Below, piece by piece: positions 11,590 to 24,201 of a stretch of DNA of 64,000 nt. The DNA lies in NCBI RefSeq assembly GCF_006345805.1, contig NC_043001.1:15252001-15316000 (forward strand). The letters are read 5' to 3'. Both the position numbers and the translations under genes were made by a program. Under the pieces are notes generated by a model. That model was not told the origin of the DNA, did not search any database, and saw only the letters and a list, made by a program, of their open reading frames with translations. The DNA is from Octopus sinensis. Its lineage: Eukaryota. The number at the start of each line of letters is the position of its first letter. Position 1 is the first letter of the stretch.

Positions 11590-13814
11590 CTGAAATGTGA
11601 AATATGGAATGAGTTAAATTATTTCAGATTCTGTCAAAATTGTAATAATTGTTCACTAAAGATAAACTTTCAATAAAAATGTTATTCCTTTTCAAATACA
11701 TGAAAAAATTATTTCAATGAAAACTATCTAATTAACTGGTGTTGCCAAATGAAAATAAATAAGAAAAATTATATTAATGACTTTATTTTTAAAAAAGCAT
11801 AGAAATTAAACCTTTGCTAATATATCTGAATTAGCATCTAACAAATCTTCTAAGTCATTGAATCTCTCAGTAACTCTAACACAGCAATCTTGCTTCTGAG
11901 GGAAAAATCAGAATGAAAATATGAGGGAAGATGTTAAGAAAAGTTTTGAGAGAAAGAGAATAATTCTGTCCATGGAATCTCTATTATGTTTTTCCACTTC
12001 AATAACGGAATCTTGTTGAGATGTATACATCTTGACAAGTTTTTATTATCAAACTGGAAGAAACCCCCCCCCAGCCTTCCACCCACTGAATTAGCACACT
12101 GTTAAATTCACTTTATCCTTTTCTTCATACAATTACTTCCACTAAATATATATATATTTAGATGTAAACAGCCAAAATCAACAATATCCTTCATTTAACA
12201 GGTTAAAGGGGCATGACCAAAATTTAAAAAATGGAATTATTCCATTTCCCTAAAAATGTCTAATGTTTTGCTTCTATTTTGTTTTTCTTGCATTTCCTTG
12301 TGGAGTATTCATGCTAATTGAGCCTGACTGATTGCCAGATCATGCAAGATACACTATAGAAGTCTGACAACTGCACTAACTGAACATGAAACTTGAAGTA
12401 GCTCAAGTATAATGCCTGTTTTCACATATATATAATATATATATAACACAGCATTTTTGTGACTACTTATATGTCTATAAATTCATCCATCCAACCCATG
12501 CTGGCATGGGTTGGATGGATGGGTGTGTGTGTGTGTGTGTGCTAATATTCTTGCTGTACAATACAATACTAAATCTAGCATCAAAAATATTTTACTGGCA
12601 ACACTAATTTTTAACATCTTTTTATACTTAATTCAGTTCTCTCTCCACTAACAACAACAAAAATATGCAACAATAGAAATGGAAAGATAAGGATATGAAG
12701 ATACAGACATATTCAATCTCTTAACCATTTTAGAATACATCCAAGACATCCTTCTAAAACAATTAGGAAACAAAAATCATACAAGTTACAATATGTAAAA
12801 TAACCAATTTACATTAAAAACTAAAAATGCATGTTATATATAAAACCAGACATAAATATCAAAGGCTTAACACTCCTGAAACTTTTAATTTCATGCACCT
12901 GCAGAAGAATTACTAAGCAACAAATTGTAAAACCATTATTCTTTACTCTATGCACTAACCTATTTCAAAGTGTTTTTGATTGATTCAAAAGACAATCATA
13001 ATTCAGTCCTTATTCAACTAGAAAATCTTACTGTATACATTCAGCATCTGATTATTCTCTGTTATTCATTCATCAGTAATGCACCCAACACACCCTTATA
13101 TGGTGATTATCAAAGTATCTGACTCTCTCAATATGTCAACAAATATTCATACATCTATTGCTTTGTTAATGGATGGCTCTTCCCAATCCCAAAATCTATG
13201 TAACTAACACTCCTAACCCACATAGACATTAGATTATACACAAACAGAATTTATGATCATGAAAATCTTAACAGCTAATTCATAGTCTGTTCATATTTAT
13301 GCATAATGTCTGATTGCAAACATTAAACAAATGTGTAAGCCTACATTTGATATTAGCTGAATAGTCTATCCTCATCATAATCAACATGCTTTTTCCATGC
13401 TGAGATGAGATGGACTGGTTGTCATGGACTGAGTCGATTTTTATTTGAAGTTACTGCCTGCCTAGATGAATCATGGATCATCCTGTCTCAACCATACATT
13501 CCAATTTTTGGCATGGTTTATGATTGCATATCTTTCCCCATCACCTGCCACTTTATAGATTGTACTGGGTGCATTTTATCATACCACGAGCACTAGAAAA
13601 TTTACCCTGTACTTGGCAAGATAAGGGAGTCTACTTTACCCCATGATATTTCTATTCAGTCATCAAACACTTGACAGCCTGCACTGAGTGTTAGTATCAT
13701 CATTGCAGAAGGCTGCCTTTTGCTCAAATGCATGTAACAAAGTGGACTCTGCTAAAAGGAACCTGGAACCAGGTGATATAAAATCAAATTATGGATTAAG
13801 TCTACTACACAAGT

Positions 13815-14126
13815 GTGGAGGCACATGACCTAGTGGTTAGAGCAGAGGACTCGCAGTTGAGGGATCGTAGGTTCAAATCTCAGACCGGGTGATGTCTGTG
13901 TTTATGAGTGAAACACCGAAGCTCTACACAGCTTTGGCAGAAGGTAATGGTGAACTTCTACTTCTGCTGACTCTTTTGCCACAACTTTCGCTCACTCTTA
14001 TCTCCTGCATCTAGCAGTTCACCAGTAATGGGCCAGTGTCCTGTCCGGGAGAGGAACCTATACACCAGTGAGACTGGCCCATATGAGCCAGGCATGGCTT
14101 GAGAAGGAAAAAACAACAACAACAAC
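13815..14126 (+). mobile_element. tRNA-derived SINE family C
   Basis: gtggaggcacatgacctagtggttagagc A-box head, ggttcaaatctc B-box, (CAA)n tail; inverted relative at 33170-33466. Confidence 0.8.
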
Positions 14127-14263
14127 ACGACACAAGTAGGCTACAGCATCATTTCAACTGTACTCACTCAATTCAGATAATTAAAATTTATATTAATTAG
14201 AACCATTTTCCATTGATTATTTTAAATCTAAGAAAAAGCAAATTTTATTTAAAACTTATATTC

Positions 14264-14805
14264 CTGATGAAGAGAATAACCCAGAAATCATGATACACAG
14301 ATATTGTTTTGAGCTGAGTGGGGGTGCTAGATTCCCTTGTTCAAAAATGTTAGGACACAGATTGTGTGATATAGCCAGCTGGAGACGATGTCTCATGGGG
14401 CTGAATTACCGCAACATTTGTCCTAGACCAGGACTGCCATGTTATGTTGGCAATCAATCATTACTACAAAGTACTGTTGCTGAATATCTCACATTGTGAG
14501 ATTTAAAAATAGTAATAATTTATAAATCAGTGACTAGTTATCACTGAAAACTATATATTTTGAACAGGAATTTAGCAGCGTCATCTCTAGCCGAACAATT
14601 ATTCTGCGCTGATGAAGGGAAATAACCCGGAAATCACGATACACAGATATTGTTTTGAGCTGAGTGGGGGTGCTAGATTCCCTTGTTCGAAAATATAAGG
14701 ACACAGATCGTGTCATATAGCCAGCTGGAGATGATGTCTCCTGGGGCTAAATGACAGCAACATTCGTCCTAGACCGGGACAGCCATGTTATGTTGGCAAA
14801 CAATC
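14264..14805 (+). repeat. Tandem repeat of a 346-nt hammerhead-containing unit (about 1.55 copies), retrozyme/Penelope-like
   Basis: 14264-14459 recurs at 14609-14805 (about 18 differences in about 195 nt by hand, many at CpG); both copies begin with CTGATGA..GAAA. Confidence 0.85.
14593..14655 (+). ncRNA. Type I hammerhead ribozyme motif
   Basis: Stem I TCTGCG(14603-08)/CACAGA(14642-47) plus GAACAAT/ATTGTTT; core CTGATGA 14609-15; stem II GGG-AAATAA-CCC; GAAA 14630-33; short stem III AT-CACG-AT; AUA triplet with predicted cleavage after 14641. Confidence 0.7.
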
Positions 14806-15635
14806 TTCATATTCATGTAATGTCTTATTTTTTTATAATCAGTAAGGCAATATTTATTGTAAAAATAAATATATCAAGTTAGAAACCAAACAAAAAAATG
14901 AAATGAACTAAAAATCACACAAATGTAGCTATTTGTTTTCTCTATATTGTTTTGTTTTTCACATGAAGGATTAGTTTCACAGTAATAAAAGTTAATGATA
15001 CATTAAAATGTTGTTTTTTTTTCCCACATAAATAATGTAATTAGAATACATTCGAATATGTAAAGTGAAGAAATAATTCTCCAATATTTCTGATCATAGG
15101 TAAAGCATTAAACTGAAGCAAACTACTTCAGACCTCCCAGGTAGTAAAAAAAAAAAAAACATCCTTTAAAATGAAGAACAATTTAGAAAAATGATAAAAA
15201 AAAAATAAAGAGATATAATGAGTGATGATGACAGACAAAAGATGTAGTAGTAGTAAAAATAATAATAATAATAATAATAAGTTATCTGTAGAGTAACAGT
15301 AAGGGAACATGTTAAAAGGGTAGAAAGCTATGATGACATAATTAAGAGATTAGAGCAGAAAAGAAGAAAAAAAAAATTGTCAGATAAAGAATATGTTTTC
15401 CTACTATCACTTAACTCTGTGGAGACAAGTCTATTGATGTTTTTACACTAAAGTAGGAGATACAAAAAAAAAAGTGTAATTATTTAAAATTCTACAAACC
15501 ATCTTCCATCTGAATCAACATCATATATTTATTACACACACACACACACACATATCTTGAAGAGGGGAACTTTTCTTCTTTCTAGCACAAAAATAGTGGG
15601 GATGATAAACTGACATAGTCATCTTATTACAATTT

Positions 15636-16071
15636 TTTCTACACCAGGCACAAAGCCCCAAATTTTTTTTGGGGGGAGGGGGCCAGTTGATTAGGTTGAC
15701 CCCAGTATGCAACTGGTACTTAATTTCTTGACCCTGAAAGGATGAAAGGCAAAGTTGACTTTGGCGGAATTTGAACTTAGAACATAAAGACAGATGAAAT
15801 ACCGCTAAACATTTTGCCCAGTGTGCTAACATTTCTACCAGCTCACCACCTAAATAATCTTTTCTACTCTAGGCACAAAGCTGGAAATTTCTGGGGAGGT
15901 GGCCAGTTGATTAGATCGACTCCAGTATGCAACAGGTATTTAATTTATCAATCCCAAAAGGATGAAAGACAAAGTCGACCTTGGCAGAATTTGAACTCAA
16001 AACAAAGACAGACGAAATACTGCTAAGCATTTTGCCCGGCATGCTAACGTTTCTGCCAGCTCATTGCCTTA
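15636..16071 (-). mobile_element. Two head-to-tail SINE family A copies
   Basis: Two reverse-complement A-family bodies at about 15636-15851 and 15858-16071. Confidence 0.85.
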
Positions 16072-16738
16072 GTCATCTGATTATAATGCGAAGGCAAAAA
16101 GCTAGGCAAAGTGACAGCAATCTAATATTAATTCTGTAGAAGAGTTAAAAATTAAAATGGATGTGAATAGTCAAAACTTCATATATGTAAGTTACTTTTG
16201 TACCAAGCCAGAACAATAGAGGAGTTGCTGTAATTGAGTCCTAGGTCAGTCCTCATTATGCAGATCCTATGTTCAAAGTGCTCCAGCTGTAACCCTTCTG
16301 TTTTTTTCTTCTTTGTTCTTAGGCATAATGTATCCAGGCCTAAATTATTGAATGTGTCCAGCAATCTTTAAAATGGTAGGAAGTTATGAGGGAAATTTAG
16401 CTGCTATTTCTAGCAGATAAAGTGACTTAATCTATTAAATGGAGAGATATTGAAACAAAGAATATATATATTTTCATGAGTTTCATTACTTTTTTTTAAC
16501 TCCTTAAACTTTACTCATCATTGTAATGATAAAAATGAAGCAACAAAATCAAAGCAAATCAAGGTTTCTATATAAAACAATTAAATTTACATCAAAACAA
16601 AATTGAATTTATCCATTTAATACCAGCACTTTTAAGATTTTATAAATACAATATAGAATGGTACAAGCATGGTAGTCTGGTGAAAGCATTCTCTCATGTT
16701 ATTACGGGTTCAATCCCATGGTGCATCACCTCAAAATA

Positions 16739-17989
16739 TCAGGCTGAGTAAAAGGTAGCAATGTTTTGAAACATGAAATTCATCAGAATATATTTCAACA
16801 ATGTGAAAATTCTATTCATCAAAGTAAAAACCATTATAATCAACACATTTTTGCCAAGTTACAAGTTTGTTTATTCCGGTAATGTAAAAATCTGGAGTTC
16901 TGGAGCTGATGAACTCTTTGAATGCATTTTCAGCATCAGTTTGATTTTTGAACTCTTTCTCTTGCAGGGAACTATCAAGGCACTTGAAAAAGTGGTAGTT
17001 GGTAGGAGAAAGATCTAGGGAATAAGCTGGATGGGGAAGAACTTCATAGCCAAGTACCCTCGACTTCTGGAGCATCATTAGTGAAATGTGTGGTCGAGCA
17101 TTGTTATAAAGAATGATTGACCCTCTTCTGGGGATGGAGGAATGGCAGTTTTTTGTTCATTTTGGCAATTTCATAGCAATATGTTTCTAAAGTAATGTTT
17201 TTTCTGGGTTTTAAGAAGTTATAGTGGATGAGTCTAGCAGTACACCACCAAACAGTCAGCATAGCTTTCTTTTTGAAGAGCTCAGATTCAGGGAAGGTTT
17301 TCAGTGCTTTATTTTGGTCTGCGAAGAACATTTTTTATTATTGTACAGAATCCACTTTTCATTGCAAGTTAAAATACAGTTGAGAAATGGATCGGTCTGG
17401 TTATGGAGAAGAAGCGACGAGCAAATTTCATATTTGCACATTTGCTGATTTTTATTTAAATCATGTGGTACCCATTTGCTGAGCTTTTTTGATTTTCCAA
17501 TCGCATGCAAATGGCTGCAAGCAATTTTCTGGCTGACTTGAAGTTCTTTTGCCAGTTCTTGTGTGGTTTTATGTGGATCTTTCTCAATGACAGTCTTTGA
17601 TTGTCCATCACCGATGACAGGTGGGCATCCACTACGCTCGCAATCTTCAAGGCTCAGGTCTCCACTGTGAAATCATTTAAACCATTTTTGAGTTGACCAC
17701 TCACTGCTCATTTCCTCACAAAATGTTTCGTCAATATCAGTTGCTTTACGTCCTTTTTTTGGAGATGAATAGCAAAATTGCTCCAATATCGCGCTTTGAC
17801 AGTTCCATTTCAGATGATTGTAACAACGGTGAAAAACAATCAATGTTAATTTATTGATGCATTTGGGTAAATCTATGTCTTTATGATCAGACAATTGCAA
17901 AAAAATGTTTTAAAAAATTCAAAACTCTGCAAAAATCCGGTACAAATTCTTCATGGTTCAAAATGTTGCTTACTTTTTGCTCAACCTGA
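16739..17989 (-). mobile_element. Full-length decayed mariner (DD34D) transposon
   Basis: TIRs tcagg(c/t)tgag..aaa..gta.. at both ends with TA duplication (16737-38, 17990-91); transposase motifs KLSKWVPHDL, TCNEKW, MLTVWW, YNNARPH, YSLDLSPTNYHFF, with 34 residues between the 2nd and 3rd catalytic positions; several frameshifts. Confidence 0.95.
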
Positions 17990-18963
17990 TAATTTCTTCT
18001 ATCAAAGCCTCATGTTGACCATTATTTTGTGAGATAAATTTGATAGAAGTCAACTGCAGGAATTAATTTGGTATGTGTTTTCATGAATAAATGTATGTAC
18101 ATATAAATGTGCATGTATATACGTTTGCATGTATATATGTTTATATGCATGCATATATATACGTTTGTGATGTGATGGGAAAAGCAAGAAGATCTTAACA
18201 GAAATATTCTATGGTGTTTATATCTGATTACATCATGTCAATGTCCATATTGTATTTCGTACCTTATGAGAACAATGAAATAAATGAAACACTATATGAG
18301 CCTAAATTATGTGATTAGAACCCTTGAAGGCAGTTACCTAGCAAGGTTACAGTTCAATGACTAAAGCTAGTAAAACAATAAGATGATCATCAGTATTACT
18401 CATCTTTTTACTTTTTTTTTTGGTTGTCAAATACTGTTTCATAAAATTAAACATAATCACACATGAGACTAGTGGTGTGAAATTAAGTAAAATTAAGATG
18501 TGACTCATAAAATGACTATGAACTAAAAATTTCACCTTATATTTTATTGAATCAATGAGCAACAATATTTTAGGGACTTGGTATATTGTTAAACATAAAA
18601 AAACTAAAAACTTTTGTTAGTCTTAATTTGTTTAAAGCTCTTCATTAATGAAAAAGGGAGCATTCTGTATTCTAAATGGCAATTTGAAAGCATATTAATA
18701 TGCAACACAAAGTATACCTTCCAATCCAAAGTATTTTCATAAATTTTTCCTAAACATCCACGCTTGTTTTGAGATTTTTAGCTAACCATAGTTTCATGCT
18801 TTGAGTATATAAAGCTTTCCTTTCATAAGTTCCAAGTTACTCTGGTGGCTCAAAAAAAAATTAGGAATATGTATTGTATATAATGCATGGATGCCAGGAA
18901 AATACATCTTGTGAATCACATGTGATGCACAGGACAAGCAAAGGGTTAATATATTGCTACCAC

Positions 18964-19197
18964 AAGGCAATGAGCTGGGTGAAATGTTAGCATGCTGAGC
19001 GAAATGCTTAGTGGTATTTCGTCTCCTGTTACGTTCTGTGTTCAAATTCTGCCGAGGCTGACTTTGCCTTTCATCCTTTCGCGGTCAATTAAATAAGTAG
19101 CAGTTATGCACTGGGGTTCATGTAATCGACTTAATCTCTTTGTCTGTTCTTGTTTGTCCCTTCTATGTTTAGCCCCCTGTGGGCAATAAAGAAATAA
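18964..19197 (+). mobile_element. SINE family A
   Basis: Full length; flanking duplication ATATATTGCTACCACAAGG at 18949-18967 and 19198-19216. Confidence 0.9.
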
Positions 19198-19394
19198 ATA
19201 TATTGCTACCACAAGGATTACGAATTTAGAGATAAGGCAAATGCCACCAAAACACAAAATTCATAGAAGAAAAAAACAAACGGTCAGGTCTTTGGGTATC
19301 AAAGTAAGCCATTCATACACAGACATCTGAATTGGAAATATTAATCTAGCACTGATATTGAGTATTGTATTCTAAATTTGTCCATATTTGTCCA

Positions 19395-19556
19395 GGCGCA
19401 GGAGTGGCTGTGTGGTAAGTAGCTTGCTAACCAACCACATGGTTCCGGGTTCAGTCCCACTGCATGGCATCTTGGGCAAGTGTCTTCCTCTATAGCCCCG
19501 GGCTGACCAATGCCTTGTGAGTGGATTTGGTAGACGGAAACTGAAAGAAGCCTGTC

Positions 19557-19600
<44 letters not shown>

Positions 19601-19834
19601 ATGTGTATGTGTGTGTATGTGTATGTGTGTGTGTCTGTGTTTGTCCCCCTAGCATTGCTTGACAACCGATGCTGGTGTGTTTACGTCCCCGTCACTTAGC
19701 GGTTCGGCAAAAGAGACCGATAGAATAAGTACTGGGCTTACAAAGAATAAGTCCCGGGGTCGATTTGCTCGACTAAAGGCGGTGCTCCAGCATGGCCGCA
19801 ATCAAATGACTGAAACAAGTAAAAAAAGAGAGTA
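19395..19834 (+). mobile_element. SINE family B, young full-length copy
   Basis: ggcgcaggagtggctgtgtgg head through gaaacaagtaaaaaaagagagta tail; CpGs preserved. Confidence 0.92.
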
Positions 19835-20881
19835 TCCTTTCCGCAATCAGGCACCAGGTTAATAACCACAATGCAGCTGTTCCAAACATGGCAATAAAAA
19901 AAAATGGGTAAATTTGTAATAAACTTCAGTCACACACTGGACACTGTTTCTTATAGTAATGTTTTATTGATTACACTAATATTTTTATTTACGAGAGATC
20001 CATTTACATTCCAGGAACACATGCAAATGAATCATTTGGTTTCTTATTCCTTTATCCAGCCATAAATGCCAAAAAGCTGGTTAAAATCACAATCAAGTAT
20101 GTAGGTATATATACGTACACAAACTCTTGCCAATGTTAAATGACAGAAACATTTTGGTTGTTAGGGGAAGATTTCTTTTTAAGTTTTTTTTTGTTACCTG
20201 TTGGAATGAGAACCTTTTTTCATTTTATATCATAGAGAAATAGTTCCTAAGGCAAAAGAATTTGGGTAGTTCTGAAATATCCAACTAGAAAGTCTTAACT
20301 TTAAGTAATTATCTTAAGATATTAACATTCTTCTCCTCAAGCTTGTGGCTCATTTTCAAACATTTTAGTTATTCATAGTAGGGTTGTTGTCATTTAACAC
20401 AGGTCAAGATGAATGAGAAAAATCTCTAATTAAAGGCATTCCATCCACGATACCCCCACCTTTCTTTTTAGAAATGTCTACAACTACAAAACAGTAAACT
20501 GAGATTTTTTTTTTTTAATGGCTGCTATTTTTAGCAAGTCAAACAACCATACATCCCACCCCATATTCGCTTGTCATAGTAGAGTAATTGGTGTTGCTGT
20601 TTAAGATTCCTTTGTATATCAACTGATTCCAAAAGTTTTCCCCAATTTAACATTTCCATTGTAACAATCCAGTCCACTCTACTTGAAGTGAATTGAATTG
20701 ACTTGATTTCAAAATAAAAATAATTTATTTAAACTAGTTGCAACATTATAATAAATTCTTTAAAATTCATACTCTCCATGAATGTCACATCGATAAAATG
20801 ATTCCATCTATTTATACTTAAAAGTTTTACTCTGTGCATCCTAGTTTTAGAACAGGTACACTATACAGTTCTATATTTAAG

Positions 20882-20938
20882 AGATGAGGAATTATGTAGC
20901 ACAGACCCCAAGATTCCAATTTCGATTCCAGGCAGTGA

Positions 20939-20995
<57 letters not shown>

Positions 20996-21148
20996 CATCA
21001 AAAAATACCTTAGGAATGAGAACCCAGGTTCAAAATTTCCCCAAGATATCTGATGAAGGCTGGAGGGTATATTAGCCAAAACATTGTGTTAACAACAAAC
21101 AAGATGCGGACAAATATCCGTCAAATGTAAATAATGTAAATAATGTAC
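20882..21148 (+). mobile_element. Element with tRNA-like B-box, (AAT)n tract and eroded hammerhead-like tail
   Basis: ttcgattcc at 20921-29, (AAT)n 20944-20991, CTGATGA-A-GGCTG-gagggtatat-TAGCC-AAAACATT at 21050-21085, (TGTAAATAA)n-like end. Confidence 0.6.
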
Positions 21149-24134
21149 AGTGTGTCTTGGAAGCTGTAGCTAAAAGAGGTGGAGATTGAAAGAGCAACTG
21201 AATAAAACCTGCTGTCTCAAAAAGGCTTTCCAATCTGTGCCAGCATGAAAAAGAAAATACAAAACAATATAAATATATATTCAAAACCTAGACACCATCA
21301 TCTCCAGGTATTACTACCTCAAGCTGAAAAATCAGCAATGAGAAAATAATAGTGAGTATTAAAGGCTGATTAAAAATAATTATGTAATGAGAAAACAAAC
21401 TGCTAGATTATCATTTAATGTCTGTTTTCCCTGCTGGCATGGACTGGATAGTTTGACAGATGTTGGCAAAATCAGGAGCTGTACCAGGCTCCATTGTCTG
21501 TTTTGGCAGGGTTTATACAGCCGGATGCTCCACTTTACAGAGTGTACTAGGTACCTTTTAAGTGGCACCATCACTAGTACTTCTTACATAGCACCAGTAC
21601 CAGGGCTTTTTACATGGCACCTTCACCAACAGGGTCACCAAGTATCTTGCAAGACAAAGACCCCCTAAACTGGGAGGTGGGAGTAGTATTGAGGGGGTGG
21701 TTTTGTGCCAGTTGATGAGAGATTAAAGGTATAAGGGGACAGGGATGGGTGTCTTGTTGTAGAGTAGATACATGGATACTCAGTTGGAAAAGAAAGGAAA
21801 ATGAGTTTGAGAATAAGAAGATAAGAGAGATGATGGCAAAGATAGGTGATTGGTGGAAACAGTAGGTGGGGAAGACAATGGGAAAAAGAAGTGGTTTGAG
21901 GTGGGGGAAGAACAAAGGTAACTGAGAAAGCAGGGGCAGGTGAGAGTAATATGCACCTATTCTGCTCTTAGGTGAGAGGCGTGACATATGTTAGGGGGTG
22001 AATGAAATGTGTCTGTGTGTGTGTGTGGTGGGGAGTGATTGATGAGGCAGAGAGGATGGAAGTGAGGTTGGGCAGAGCCCTGCATAGACAAGCATTACAA
22101 AGGTGGGTTTAGGATAACAATTCTGCTGTGGTGGAAAGGTCTTTTTGAGTAGAGCAAGGTACCAGATGTCTTGGTCATTTGTCATCCCTATTGTAAGGTA
22201 TTAATATTATTATAGCAATTTTGGTAACGGTAGAGACAACTCCAAACATGATGCAGTCATATTTATCCCTCTTACACAAAATATTGACTTTACTCTATTT
22301 GCAAATGTAACGCAGAGAGAATCACTAAGTAGATGCACAAAAAAGTACACACAGAGATATGAAAATTATCAGATTTTAAAGATCAAATCCCTACAAGAAA
22401 ATTACTCTTAATTAACTTCCTTGATGCTAATTGCATCAAATGTATTGATAGTAAGTCAAATATTATTTTTCTCAAGGATGGAAACTGAGTAATTAACGTC
22501 AAATATTTTAAAACAATATACCTATTTTCATATCTACTCATATACAGTATTATACATCTACTCAGATAATTCTCTCATCTTTATTTCAGAAACTGCTGTG
22601 TAGTTTGAAGAGATCTAATAAGACTGAAACATGTTAAAAATTATAACCCATACTTCCTGAAATGGTTAAAACAATATTAGTCATTGAGCTTAATGTCTTC
22701 TCTTCACCGTATAATTATTTTAAATGAAATATTTAATACTTCTTAAATTAAGTAAGTTAACACTACCATTTATTTATCTATTTATTCATTTATTTATATT
22801 TATTTTTCCTGTGGTTGGCAATTGTGAACAATTTCCCTTGGTGATATATTTGTTAACAATTTCTTGCGACTGAAGATCATTTAATACTTTAACATGAAAA
22901 ATAATAGTAAAAGACAGGCAGTAATATTTTGTTAACCATTTTCCAAGAACTACGATTCCATATGTCTTCTACTTTTCATCAGTTTATGCACGTAAATTTT
23001 CAGTGAGCTATTTTATCAAAAACGTGAGCCCTAATATTCTCTACAACATGGGTGTTCTAGGACAGTATCTGTAACATTACATTGACTGCTAGGGAGATGT
23101 TCACATAAACTGATAAAGAATGGCATACGCAAAAATAAACAAAAGACAAAAAGACGAAATACAACTTCAACTCAGATTATTTTCTTTTCATTGAGGCCCA
23201 TAGAAAACAGAGCCAACAATAAATTTGAAAAAACCCCCAAAAAACTAGAGAGTGATAGTATCATGATGCTATCAAGAAAAGAAAAATATGTCAACAACAA
23301 CAGAAAAAAAAAAAGAAAAGCCATTACTCTTTTAGAATAATTTCTTAAATGATAGAGCTATTAATGATAACTTTTGTTTCTAAAGATTCTGACTTTTTCA
23401 AAGCAGATGGTTGCAATTACATAGACACACAAAACAATATCTCGCTTCCTTAAGAATAGCTAAAAAAAAAAATACTTTAGTCCTAAGTTTATATATATAA
23501 AATAGAAATTAATTACATTGTTATTGAAAGTGAGTAACAGACAAAAAAAAAAAAAGATTGATAGGTTTATGAAATGGCTCTATGGCTCGGGCAGATATCC
23601 ACTACTAGTTAATCTATAAATACATTTATACTATATATATCTATATCACTGCTGACCTTGCCACTACAAGAACTATTATCATTTTCTATTAATCTACCTA
23701 CCTCACATTAAGAAAATAACAAAATCTTTTCAGAAAGAAGTGGTATTTTGTTTCATAAATGTCTCCATATCAGTTAGACACATATAAACCATTAGTGAGG
23801 GCTGCATTGTCATACTCCTTTTCATTTAGATTTCATAAATGCTATCTTCAGCAAGTCACCCTTTTGACAAGTTTCAATATATAATTCTTAATTAGATGAC
23901 TGAGAAGCTTTCCAAACAAAGAATGCAACTTAAAAATATAAACAACAAAAACACACACACAAACATATACATACACTAAAATCACAAATATGGCCTGGAA
24001 ACAATGGATATAATCAAATCTAAAAGCTGCGTGACCAGAAAAATATCTTACTCTATGAGACACAATGTCAGTAGCACTATAAAGCTGATAAAAAGGTGAA
24101 GAAAGCTAATACATGAAATGACAGTAACATGCAG

Positions 24135-24136
<2 letters not shown>

Positions 24137-24200
<64 letters not shown>
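24137..24200. repeat. (TA)n microsatellite abutting a Helitron 3' end
   Basis: Read directly from the sequence. Confidence 0.95.

Positions 24201-24201
<1 letters not shown>

Noticed and set aside
13815-13890. tRNA-like sequences here and at 33400-33466, 33830-33900 and 42930-43000
   Set aside because: SINE heads continuing into SINE bodies; no complete cloverleaf, so not called as tRNA genes
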